This document shows, in pieces, positions 9,885 through 18,669 of a stretch of DNA of 64,000 nt. The notes beneath the pieces are model-generated. The model had not been told where the DNA came from and made no database searches. It saw nothing but the letters and a program-made list of their open reading frames with translations. Every line of letters starts with the position of its first letter. Position 1 is the stretch's first letter. A program made the translations under genes and the position numbers. The stretch is from Candidatus Latescibacterota bacterium (GTDB taxonomy: Bacteria > Latescibacterota > UBA2968 > GCA-2709665), in assembly GCA_963662665.2 (NCBI GenBank), contig CAXXJS010000049.1, positions 1 through 64,000 on the forward strand, read 5' to 3'.

Positions 9885-11033
9885 ATGTCAGAGAAAAAAG
9901 GGATGGCTTTCCAGTCAGAGTACGTTCGATGGCTCTTCGTCATCCTGTGTATATACGTACTGCTGGTCGCCGTCGGCCTGATCGGCAAGGGCTTTCGTCT
10001 GGAATTCGGCGACAAGGAGGGCGTCGCATCCCTGTTCGCGCTCGGGACGAACCCGTTCGTCGGACTGGTGCTGGGTATCCTGGCAACGGCGTTGCTTCAG
10101 TCATCCAGCACCGTTACCTCCATCATCGTCGGTCTTGTCGCCGGAGGAATGCCCATTGACGTGGCGATACCGATGGTCATGGGCGCAAACGTCGGGACAA
10201 CGATCACCAATACGATCGTCAGTTTCGGGCACGTGGGACGGTCTGGCGAATTCCGGAAAGCATTTGCGGCCGCCACGGTACACGATTTCTTCAATGTTCT
10301 GAGCATCGTGATTTTCCTGCCGCTGGAGCTCGCATTCGGCTTTATCGATAAACTGAGCGGCGAGTTGACCCATATCGTTGAGAACATCGGAACAGTCGAC
10401 GCAGGCGGGAAGGGTATCTTCAAGGTCGTCATCGGATTCGGTACCGGCCTTTTTGAGTCGCTCATCTCATGGCTCCCGGACGTGTGGGCGGGACTGGTTC
10501 TGATTTTCCTGGGAATCGCGCTTATTCTCGTCTCGATCATGTATCTGGGGAAGGCGCTGAAGAGCGTGTTCGTGGGCAAGGCGCAGCGGTTCTTGCACGC
10601 GGCCGTCGGCAAGGGTCCGGTGACGGGTATATTCTCCGGTACGCTGGTTACCGTTCTTGTGCAGTCGTCCTCGACCACCACAAGCCTGATCGTACCGCTG
10701 GCGGGTTCGGGCGTGATCCGGCTTCGTCATGTCTATCCGTTCACGCTCGGCGCAAACATCGGGACCACCATCACCGCGCTCCTCGCCGCAACCGCGATCA
10801 CGGGCCCCACCCATGCCGTTGCGCACCAGATCGCGATCGCGCATTTTCTCTACAATCTGGTGGGAGTCATCGTCATCTACGGCATCCCCTGGCTGCGGGA
10901 GGTTCCCCTCATGGGCGCCGAATGGCTTGCACGCCTCGGCAGCGAACGCAAATGGTTGGCCATCCTGTATATCATCTTTGCGTTCTTCGGCATTCCGGCG
11001 GGGCTTGTGTTTGCCAACGTGTGGCTGTTCTGA
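9885..11033 (+). CDS. Na+/phosphate cotransporter (NptA / NaPi-II family)
   Basis: Duplicated QSSS motifs, GANVGTT / GANIGTT, ATVHDFFN; GGAGGAG RBS. Confidence 0.9.
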   Translation: MSEKKGMAFQSEYVRWLFVILCIYVLLVAVGLIGKGFRLEFGDKEGVASLFALGTNPFVGLVLGILATALLQSSSTVTSIIVGLVAGGMPIDVAIPMVMGANVGTTITNTIVSFGHVGRSGEFRKAFAAATVHDFFNVLSIVIFLPLELAFGFIDKLSGELTHIVENIGTVDAGGKGIFKVVIGFGTGLFESLISWLPDVWAGLVLIFLGIALILVSIMYLGKALKSVFVGKAQRFLHAAVGKGPVTGIFSGTLVTVLVQSSSTTTSLIVPLAGSGVIRLRHVYPFTLGANIGTTITALLAATAITGPTHAVAHQIAIAHFLYNLVGVIVIYGIPWLREVPLMGAEWLARLGSERKWLAILYIIFAFFGIPAGLVFANVWLF

Positions 11034-11211
11034 GTAGCGAATCCTATTGAGGGACGATCATTAGTAAGGCATACGCCGGGACAGTCATGATGAATTCTGG
11101 CCGCGTCACAATTGCGGCACTGCGATCAGGACTGCGGGACGAGTGAGGGCGTTTTCTTTTCTTGCAAAAGGCGATGTCCTGTAAATCGCAAAGAGAGCAG
11201 GTTGGTGCCCG

Positions 11212-12252
11212 ATGCCGTATGGAGTTGCATTGCTGGGAACCGGCCGCATCGGCGGCAGCTATATCGATGTGGTGAAGAAGACGCCCGGCGCCGAAATTAG
11301 GGTGGTCGCCGAGCCGCGTGAGGACGCTGCCGCGACGTGGCGGAGCCGGCATCCCGACGTCGATTTCGTTTCGGACTACCGGGAAACCCTGAATCGCGGC
11401 GACGTGCACGTCGTCATCGGGACCCTGCCGCACTGGCTCCATCACCAGGCGGCGCTGGATGCCGCGGCCGCCGGCAAGCATATTTACATGGAGAAACCGC
11501 TCGCGGCCTGGGCGTGGCAGGCCGAAGAGATGCTGGCCGCGGCCCGTGCGAACGGCGTCAAGCTGATGACCGCCCACACCCAGCGTTACTTCCCGGCGGT
11601 AGAGGCGATGAAGGGCGTTGTGGACCGTGGTGACCTGGGGCAGGTGATCATGGCCTACGATATGTGGCACAAGTCTTATGTACCGAACAACCGTCCGGAG
11701 TGGATGCTGGACCGCGATCGCGGCGGCGGCATGGGCCAGATGGACGGCACCCACCAGATCGACCGCCTGCTCTGGATCATCGGCAACGACGTCGAGACGG
11801 TTTCGGCGCGGCAGGGGCAGTTCACTTACCCGAAGTCCCAACATCCGGCCATTGACTGCGATGATACCGGGATGTATTTCATCCGATGGAGGAGCGGAAT
11901 CGTCGCCACGGTCAGCCGCATCGCGTGGGAACGCGGCGCTACCGAATACGGCGGTGACTGGTTCTTTACGCGCGGTATGGCGCGTTTCCGCCTGCCCTAC
12001 GGTGGGGGTGACCCACCGGCGTTATTCATCGCCGACACGCCCGACGGGACATGGCGGCGCGAGGACGTACCGGTTCGCGACAGCCTGCTGGACGAATTCA
12101 CCGATTTTATCGAGTCGCTCGAACGATGCGACGAGAATACGCCGATACCCCAGGTCCACGGCCTGAACGTGCTCAGGGTGCTGGAAGCGACTGAAGTATC
12201 CGCGCGGACCGGGCGCGAAGTGGTTCTGGATCTGGAGTCAGAAGGAGAGTGA
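11212..12252 (+). CDS. Gfo/Idh/MocA family oxidoreductase
   Basis: LLGTGRIG, GKHIYMEKP, GGGMGQMDGTHQID. Confidence 0.9.
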   Translation: MPYGVALLGTGRIGGSYIDVVKKTPGAEIRVVAEPREDAAATWRSRHPDVDFVSDYRETLNRGDVHVVIGTLPHWLHHQAALDAAAAGKHIYMEKPLAAWAWQAEEMLAAARANGVKLMTAHTQRYFPAVEAMKGVVDRGDLGQVIMAYDMWHKSYVPNNRPEWMLDRDRGGGMGQMDGTHQIDRLLWIIGNDVETVSARQGQFTYPKSQHPAIDCDDTGMYFIRWRSGIVATVSRIAWERGATEYGGDWFFTRGMARFRLPYGGGDPPALFIADTPDGTWRREDVPVRDSLLDEFTDFIESLERCDENTPIPQVHGLNVLRVLEATEVSARTGREVVLDLESEGE

Positions 12253-12255
12253 GAA

Positions 12256-12993
12256 ATGTGTGAGATGCGCGCGTTTTTCGAGGAAAACGGCTACTACCTG
12301 GCCAGGTCCGTCTATTCGCCCGTCGAAGTCGGCCGGCTGGAGGACGAATTCGATCGAATTGTGCGTCAGATCAGCAAAGACAGAAAGAACGGTTCCGCAA
12401 ACGGCAAAGGTGTCATCGGCACACGCAACGTGCAGCAGTATTCCGGTCTGTGGATGGCGGCCTTGCTTCACGAAAAGTTCCTCGACATTGTCGAACGGCT
12501 CATCGGTCCGGACATCGTCCTCAATCATTCCACGCTCTTCGAGAAGCGGATGACAACCGAAAAGACACCCTTCCACATGCACCAGGACTGGAGCTATCTG
12601 CCAACCCGGATGAACACCATGATCGCCGGTATGATCCATGTCAGCGAGGCCACAGAGGCAATGGGCTGCCTCAGAGTCTATCCCGGGTCCCACAGACACG
12701 GCAGGGTGGAAGGCTCTACTGCGACGAACGCCGCGTTCCACGAACAGTTCCCGTTTGAAGGGTCCACGGCGATTGAAGCGCGGCCGGGTGACGTCACCTT
12801 TTTCGATTACTTCCTAGTACATGGTTCACCGTCCAACCGCTCCGAATCGCCAAGAAAGGTGGTGATTGCGCGGATGTTCTCCGGCAGGGACCAAAAGGAG
12901 GACGTCCACCAGTTCAGCGAAAACCTGGTGTTGCGCGGGTGGAACTACCATACAACGGCCGCAACGGCCAGGAAGACGGTCGTCAAAGCCTGA
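12256..12993 (+). CDS. Phytanoyl-CoA dioxygenase (PhyH) family protein
   Basis: FFEENGY, HQD, GCLRVYPGSH, VHGSPSNRS. Confidence 0.9.
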   Translation: MCEMRAFFEENGYYLARSVYSPVEVGRLEDEFDRIVRQISKDRKNGSANGKGVIGTRNVQQYSGLWMAALLHEKFLDIVERLIGPDIVLNHSTLFEKRMTTEKTPFHMHQDWSYLPTRMNTMIAGMIHVSEATEAMGCLRVYPGSHRHGRVEGSTATNAAFHEQFPFEGSTAIEARPGDVTFFDYFLVHGSPSNRSESPRKVVIARMFSGRDQKEDVHQFSENLVLRGWNYHTTAATARKTVVKA

Positions 12994-13140
12994 AAAGCAA
13001 ACACCTGCCCTGCCCACCGCCTCAAGGCGCACGGCTGAACGCGTCCCTTTCACTTCAGCGTCATCTGAGAGCCGCTTACCGATCCTCAGCCGGTTCACAG
13101 ACCCGCTTGCATCACACCCTTCTGTTATTGCCGGATGAAA

Positions 13141-13183
13141 TATTAATTTTTTAATTGACGAGACACAGAAAATCCCATATATT
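13141..13183 (+). promoter_or_regulatory. Sigma70-like promoter with AT-rich upstream element
   Basis: TTGACG (13155-13160), 17 bp, TATATT (13178-13183), preceded by an A/T tract. Confidence 0.5.
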
Positions 13184-13358
13184 AAATTATTAATAGATGG
13201 ACATGGGGAGCTGGGAATACAATCTCCCGAGAGGCTGACGGACCACGATGGCCGACCCTTCGACAAGCTCAGGGAGCGGCCAGGTTGACCGGTGACTATC
13301 CAGCTGAAGAGCGAACTGTTGTGCTGCATTTCTGTTTGGAGCGACTGCTTGCTGCTCG

Positions 13359-13524
13359 GGGATGATCCCATGCCGCAGTAGATCCTTCGTCGGCCTGACG
13401 CCTGCCCGGACCGGGCTCGGCAGACAGGGCCTCCTCAGGATGACAGTCGTGGCAAACGTGTGGACGAAACATCTTGCAGATGCCCAGTGCAAAGCATGTC
13501 ATTCTGAGCGGAGCGAAGAATCTC
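13359..13524. repeat. REPIN-like inverted doublet, copy 1, with 28-bp nested insert at 13401-13428
   Basis: agatccttcg...ctcaggatgaca followed by its inverse tgtcattctgag...cgaagaatct; homologous to 59171-59307. Confidence 0.8.
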
Positions 13525-13685
13525 CCGTCTTCTCGATTGGACCTGGACCACATGCCCTTCGGGGACGAACTTGTGCGCGGACACATCGTCGGCCTGGCGG
13601 CTAAGGCGTAATGATAGTCTGGAGGCAGATATTAAACGTGCCCACTGTGCCAACTTTCACCATTCCGACAGGAGAACCATGACGT

Positions 13686-13710
13686 GGGCAGACAGGAATG
13701 TCCGCCCCAC
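13686..13710 (-). repeat. REP-like hairpin, copy of 650-674
   Basis: gggcagacaggaatgtccgccccac is the reverse complement of 650-674 with 1 mismatch. Confidence 0.75.
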
Positions 13711-13812
13711 TCTCACGTCCGCTTCTTGAGCACGATAGTTTGTGCTGACACATGACCGACGCATTTGGCGGATGCCGGACGGCCGCCCTGTCATTACCCA
13801 CGGAGGTTAAGG

Positions 13813-15363
13813 ATGAATACGATTATCCTCACACTCTTCTCATTGCTCCTTCCCGGGACGCTCCGGGCGGAGGCGACGCTGACCCTGGACGGCGTTTCCA
13901 CAGACAATACGATCACTATCACCTATGTTCTTCCGGAGTCATCGCACGTGCAGGTAAGGATAACCTCGAGTGTAGGCGTCCACGCCGCTCCTCAATACGG
14001 TTTCCAGGCGCCCGGAAGCTACTCAATCGTACTCGACAAATCGGGATTCCCCCGAGGTCAATACTCAGTCAGGCTGGTTCTGGATCGCGATCGGAACAAG
14101 GTCACCCGGCGGAGTTTCCTCCACAGCCGATCTGGCACACCGGTTACCGTGACACGGGAGGAACGGGACCTCTATAATCGATCTTATGCCCGTACAATGT
14201 TCGTGAAGAACGAAGCCGTCCAATTGTGGAATGAACTCATCGCCCGGTACCCTGGCTACGCGGGCAGGGGCGTCGCTTTTCTCTATTCGATAATGGCCAG
14301 AATATCGGAGACTGACAGTGCCGACGTCCATGCGGCCGCAGACAGCGCTGCAGCGTTAATGCCCCATTCAGGGACTTACTACACAATCGGTCGTATTCTG
14401 AGCAGATTGGTCGGTCCTCCAGGCGTGGAGAAGACGTACCCTTATGCTGCGTTGGTTTTTGCCGATCGGGCGATAAACCACGTCCGCGATGTGCCCGAAC
14501 CCTACCGCGCCGAACAGCTATTCAGATACAAGTGTCTAAGGGGTCACTGTCTGCAGCTCCTGGGGAAATTCGAAGAGGCCGGGAAGGTTTACCGTGAGGG
14601 CATCAAGATTCTTGAATCGCTCGGTGGTGCTGGAACTTACTCGGACTTCCGCGGCGGCGATTGGGCATATCAGGGTCTCGCCTCGCTTCATGAACATCAA
14701 GGCAGGTACCGGGACGCGATCGAACTCTACGAGAAGGCTGTCAGGGCCAGACCAAGGGACCCCGAACTCTGGATGGCCTTGCAACGCAATTTCAACCTCG
14801 CTCATGGGTCCGACTCCGGTTATCAGGCATACAGCCGGAGACTGGAGGCAGAGATACGGGGTGACGCGCCGGAGAAACAGGACGACCTTGTCGGGAAGCC
14901 GCTTCCTGAATTTGTGCTGACGCGATTGGGAGGGGACACGTTGACCCTGGAGCAAGTCAAGGGAAACGTGAGCGTTCTGAACTTCTGGGCGTTCTGGTGC
15001 GGGCCCTGCATGGCGGAGTTGCCCGTAATTGCCCGACTCGCGAGAGAAACTTCCGAAAGCGGAGTAAAGGTGATCGCCGTTCACACCCCGCTTGAATCCG
15101 TTCCAGGCATCTCGAAAGAACAGGTCCCGAAGCTTGTTCGAAATACCGCGGGCAAGTATGAGGGCTCGTTCGATACCGTGTGGGACAGCAAGGAACAGAG
15201 TCTCTATGTGCGGACCGGGACAAAATCCCTGCCGGTGACGCTGGTTGCGGACAAAGAGGGAATTGTTCAATTCCGGATGGTCGGCTTCGATCCCGAAAAC
15301 GCCTACCGGAAACTCAAAGCCGTTGTGGACAGACTGAGTATCTCTTCGGCGATACCCCGATAG
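13813..15363 (+). CDS. Exported TPR + TlpA/redoxin domain protein
   Basis: Signal-peptide-like N-terminus, TPR-like helices, C-terminal NFWAFWCGPCMAELP; GGAGG RBS. Confidence 0.85.
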   Translation: MNTIILTLFSLLLPGTLRAEATLTLDGVSTDNTITITYVLPESSHVQVRITSSVGVHAAPQYGFQAPGSYSIVLDKSGFPRGQYSVRLVLDRDRNKVTRRSFLHSRSGTPVTVTREERDLYNRSYARTMFVKNEAVQLWNELIARYPGYAGRGVAFLYSIMARISETDSADVHAAADSAAALMPHSGTYYTIGRILSRLVGPPGVEKTYPYAALVFADRAINHVRDVPEPYRAEQLFRYKCLRGHCLQLLGKFEEAGKVYREGIKILESLGGAGTYSDFRGGDWAYQGLASLHEHQGRYRDAIELYEKAVRARPRDPELWMALQRNFNLAHGSDSGYQAYSRRLEAEIRGDAPEKQDDLVGKPLPEFVLTRLGGDTLTLEQVKGNVSVLNFWAFWCGPCMAELPVIARLARETSESGVKVIAVHTPLESVPGISKEQVPKLVRNTAGKYEGSFDTVWDSKEQSLYVRTGTKSLPVTLVADKEGIVQFRMVGFDPENAYRKLKAVVDRLSISSAIPR

Positions 15364-15367
15364 GCCC

Positions 15368-15391
15368 GGGCGACCGGCCGGTCGCCCCTGC
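15368..15391 (-). repeat. REP-like perfect palindrome GGGCGACCGGCCGGTCGCCC with GCAG foot
   Basis: Perfect 20-bp palindrome 4 nt after a stop codon; same stem as 63096-63116. Confidence 0.65.
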
Positions 15392-15492
15392 ACGCGGTTG
15401 CGTATTGCGGTCGTTGTGAGTTCTGCACGATGTTGCGGACGACTGGCAACAGGCAGATATTCCTGTCGCACGGTGTCCGCGGAAGTGGGCGC

Positions 15493-15520
15493 GCAGGGGC
15501 AGGTTTCAAACCTGTCCCTG
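15493..15520 (+). repeat. REP-like hairpin GCAGGGGCAGGTTTCAAACCTGTCCCTG
   Basis: Near-perfect intergenic palindrome with GCAG foot. Confidence 0.6.
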
Positions 15521-15755
15521 ATGTTTGGATATCGAGTCTGTTGGACCTAACGCCCTGGAGGGGAACCGATTTTCCCTGGGGGCGTTTAATTATATGTGCA
15601 TTGATCTGTAGACAGGCCAGTCGCCAACCGGCCGATACGCCCGCCACCCGTTCGAAGGGGCTCAATAACAGGGCGCATTATAGTAGTGCGGTTTAACTGT
15701 TGCATTATGCGACACTCGGCGGGTTTCCGAGGACCATCACAAAAAAGGCGCGCCA

Positions 15756-16148
15756 ATGAGAACAATTCCCAGGATTATCTGCTTATGGCTATTCTGCACC
15801 GCATTTACAGCGGTCGGAATCGGGGCGGAGACCGCCTCCCCGCTGCTGCAGGCCATGCGAGAGGAATTGAACCGCTCCATTGACCTGCTCAAACGGCAGC
15901 CGGTCCCGCCCTATTATCTCAGTTATGAAATCACGGAAACCCACCTGATCCGTATCGGGGCTTCATTTGGCGCGCTGTCCTACAACAACGAGAGGCGCAG
16001 CCGCATGCTCGAGGCAACAAAGCGCGGGGGGTTTTTCATCCCCCGAATGGTCCTTTTCGAGGTCATCACGCTGAAACCGCCTACCGGCGAAATCGCCAAG
16101 GCGCCGGTTTCTCCGCATCCCTTCTTCGCGGGAAAAGTCACGCAATAA
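15756..16148 (+). pseudogene. Internally deleted remnant of exported TldD/PmbA-related metallopeptidase gene(s)
   Basis: Signal peptide + SPLLQAMREELNRS...PPYYLSYEI...ASFGAL (N-terminus) joined to VLFEVITLKPPTGEIAKAPVSPHPFF (typical C-terminus); only 130 aa. Confidence 0.55.
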
Positions 16149-16179
16149 CCCAGCGAGGCGCTGATCGCCGTTGGGCGCG

Positions 16180-17184
16180 TCAGACGCCGGTAAACGCTTT
16201 GACTTTGTCCTCTGTCCTGGACGGCCGTGCCGGGCGTTCCGCGCGCAATTCGCCCCACAGGGCGATCGCGATGCCCGAGAGAATGATGGCGCCGCCAATG
16301 ATCTGCGCGGGCATGGGCACCTCGCCAAGGATGAGAGCCGCGAAGAGTACGCCGGCCACCGGCGAGAAGGAAGACGCGGTGGCGATGTCGGCGGGGCGCA
16401 CGCGTTTGATACCGGCAAACCACGCCAGTTGCCCGCAGGCCACCACCACGCCGCCGTAAAGGACCATCCAGCCCCACAGCACCGGTGTGAAGATATCGGC
16501 GAAGTGCTCGACTCCGAACAGATAGAGCCCGATTACGAGGAAAAAGATTGCGCCCAGAAGGTTTCGGTAGACGCTGAAGATGCCCAGGGGGATCGTCTGA
16601 AGCTGCTTTCGGCCGATTTCCGCGCCGCACACCAGCAGTACGGTCGCAGCCGCCGCGAAGACCTCACCGCTGCCCACCCCGTTCCGCATTCGCGCCGCCG
16701 CCATGCTCTCGGACGATGCGTCCATCTGCAGGACGAGCGTTGTCCCCACCCCGCCAACGGCGCACAGGGCGCCCATTACGGCAGCTCCGCTCGACCTCTC
16801 CCGGTAGAACATCCAGGCCAGCAACAGTCCAAGCGGGATTTCTATGGTCTCGATCAGGACGATATTGGTCACCGAGGTACGCGAGATGGCCGTAAACATC
16901 ATGGCCGGCGCGACCGCACCCGAGGTGAGGGCAAGGACAGTCTGAACCAGCCACTGGCGGCGCGACAGCTTGCGCAGGCGGGTCGGGCGCCATTCCCTTT
17001 GATTGAGGGCAAACAGCGTGAGCGCCGCCACGAGATTGCCTGCGAAGAGCAGGTTGCAGAAGGAAATGGGATTTCGGCCGTCGATCAGATGCGCCTGGCC
17101 GATATCCACCAGGCGCGCCACGACCGAGGCGGCGGCGGCAAAGACCAGAATGGCAATCCACAGATAGATGCGTCCCCAGTTCAT
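16180..17184 (-). CDS. DMT/EamA family transporter
   Basis: About 10 TM helices, SFSPVAGVLFAALILGE; ATG 17184 with GGAGG RBS. Confidence 0.88.
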   Translation of the reverse strand: MNWGRIYLWIAILVFAAAASVVARLVDIGQAHLIDGRNPISFCNLLFAGNLVAALTLFALNQREWRPTRLRKLSRRQWLVQTVLALTSGAVAPAMMFTAISRTSVTNIVLIETIEIPLGLLLAWMFYRERSSGAAVMGALCAVGGVGTTLVLQMDASSESMAAARMRNGVGSGEVFAAAATVLLVCGAEIGRKQLQTIPLGIFSVYRNLLGAIFFLVIGLYLFGVEHFADIFTPVLWGWMVLYGGVVVACGQLAWFAGIKRVRPADIATASSFSPVAGVLFAALILGEVPMPAQIIGGAIILSGIAIALWGELRAERPARPSRTEDKVKAFTGV

Positions 17185-17470
17185 CGGACCTCCAGTGTGC
17201 ACGCGCCCGTCGTCGACTTCCGGCGTGAACGTTGCGATTGAGGCGGCGGCGCGCCGAGCGCGTAAATTCCAACGCGATCTCACGCTTGACGTAGATCAAT
17301 CCGCGCTCTTTATTGTACCCAATACCGTGTTTGCGCGCAATCGCGCAATTCTTCCACCCGGCGCCTGATTACATTTCGAATTCAATCGCGAATTGTCGGT
17401 CGCCCCGCCATTCTTGGCACAACCGAACCCGTACGCCCGCGGGCTATGCGTTATCTCCAGGAGTATACCA

Positions 17471-17854
17471 ATGAGCCGGACACCCGCCGCGAAACTGACG
17501 GGCATGAGCCCGCAATTCCTGGTGGCCGATCTGGACCGGTCGATCAGTTTCTTTACTGAGCAACTCGGATTCGACCTCGACTTCCGATATGAGCATTTCT
17601 ACGCGGGAATCGTGCGGGACGGTCACGCCATCCATCTGAAGCTCGCAGACGCGCCGCGCGGCGAAAGGGAATTCCGGCGGGAGAACGAGCACCTGGACAT
17701 CACCTTTACGGTTGACGATATCCGGACCGCGTACAAGGACGTGCGAAATCGGTCGGTCCCGGTCATTCAGCCGCTCAGGGAGATGCCCTACGGCCACGAA
17801 TTTTACGTCTCGGATCCCGATGGCTACATTCTGGCGTTTGTCGAGACGATATAA
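17471..17854 (+). CDS. VOC/glyoxalase (bleomycin resistance-like) protein
   Basis: VADLDRSISFF..LGF, MPYGHEFYVSDPDGY; AGGAG RBS. Confidence 0.88.
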   Translation: MSRTPAAKLTGMSPQFLVADLDRSISFFTEQLGFDLDFRYEHFYAGIVRDGHAIHLKLADAPRGEREFRRENEHLDITFTVDDIRTAYKDVRNRSVPVIQPLREMPYGHEFYVSDPDGYILAFVETI

Positions 17855-17916
17855 CGCAGGCGGCAGAAATGGCGTTTGCAAAGTCGGGGAGGGATTTCAG
17901 ATGGTTGGCGTGGGAC

Positions 17917-17961
17917 TTGACATCGTCGCCGGTTTTTCTTATACGTATAATACACGTATAA
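17917..17961 (+). promoter_or_regulatory. TA operon promoter with overlapping palindromic operator
   Basis: TTGACA 17917-17922; palindrome TTATACGTATAA 17939-17950 and repeated ACGTATAA over the -10 region. Confidence 0.6.
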
Positions 17962-17996
17962 ATGCTTTCCGTGCCGTCTGAATCGGGGAGATACAA

Positions 17997-18227
17997 ATGC
18001 GCAAAAAGCTCACGATCACCATTGATGAGGAAGTGTATGAGGGCCTGCATCGGATAATCGGTCGCCGCAGCATCAGCCGCTTCGTTGAAACGCTGGTCCG
18101 CCCGCACGTGCTCCGTCCCGATCTGGAGCAGGCATACGAAGAGTTGGCGCTCGATGAAAAACGGGAAGCCGAAGCTGAAGAATGGGCGGAAGAGACTCTG
18201 GAGGACGCATTCGATGCGCCGAGGTGA
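17997..18227 (+). CDS. Putative RHH-type antitoxin
   Basis: [15 protein letters not shown]-terminus, acidic C-terminus, overlaps toxin start. Confidence 0.8.
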   Translation: MRKKLTITIDEEVYEGLHRIIGRRSISRFVETLVRPHVLRPDLEQAYEELALDEKREAEAEEWAEETLEDAFDAPR

Positions 18228-18534
18228 AGTCTGGTGGGTGAATTTCAATCCTTCAGTCGGCGGCGAAGTCCGTAAGAGACGCCCCGCGATTGTCGTCAGC
18301 AACGACGCATCCAACACGCATTTGAATCGAGTTCAGGTTGTGCCGTTAACGAGCAATCTTGATCGTCTTTACCCGAGTGAAGCCTATGTGACGGTAGAGG
18401 ACCAACGACGGAAAGCCATGGCCGATCAGTTGGCTACGGTAAGCAAACGCCGATTAGGCGCACGTCAGGGAAGCATCTCGGTGTTGGATATGGAACGCGT
18501 CGAACGCGCGTTAAGGGTGCAGTTAGGCCTGTAA
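18214..18534 (+). CDS. mazF: PemK/MazF family endoribonuclease toxin
   Basis: [48 protein letters not shown]. Confidence 0.92.
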   Translation: MRRGEVWWVNFNPSVGGEVRKRRPAIVVSNDASNTHLNRVQVVPLTSNLDRLYPSEAYVTVEDQRRKAMADQLATVSKRRLGARQGSISVLDMERVERALRVQLGL

Positions 18535-18669
18535 AGACCGTGGTGCGCGTGTATGAATTCTATTGACATACATTCGTGCGAATTGGCGCGCGTCAGCCTG
18601 CAACACACTCGCTTCAGCAGGTGACGTCGGCAATTGGCGTCAAATTTCAAAGGGGGTAAGTCCAATAAG

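Noticed and set aside
13205-13300. TPP-riboswitch-like start (ggggagc...gagagg...cgacccttcga)
   Set aside because: Lacks the CUGAGA and AACCUGA...AAU...CGNAGG core; the 3' part is a REP unit and no thiamine gene follows.
13190-13801. Short ORFs across the repeat mosaic (e.g. CHSERSEES, FFAPLRMT)
   Set aside because: These are translations of REP sequences, not genes.
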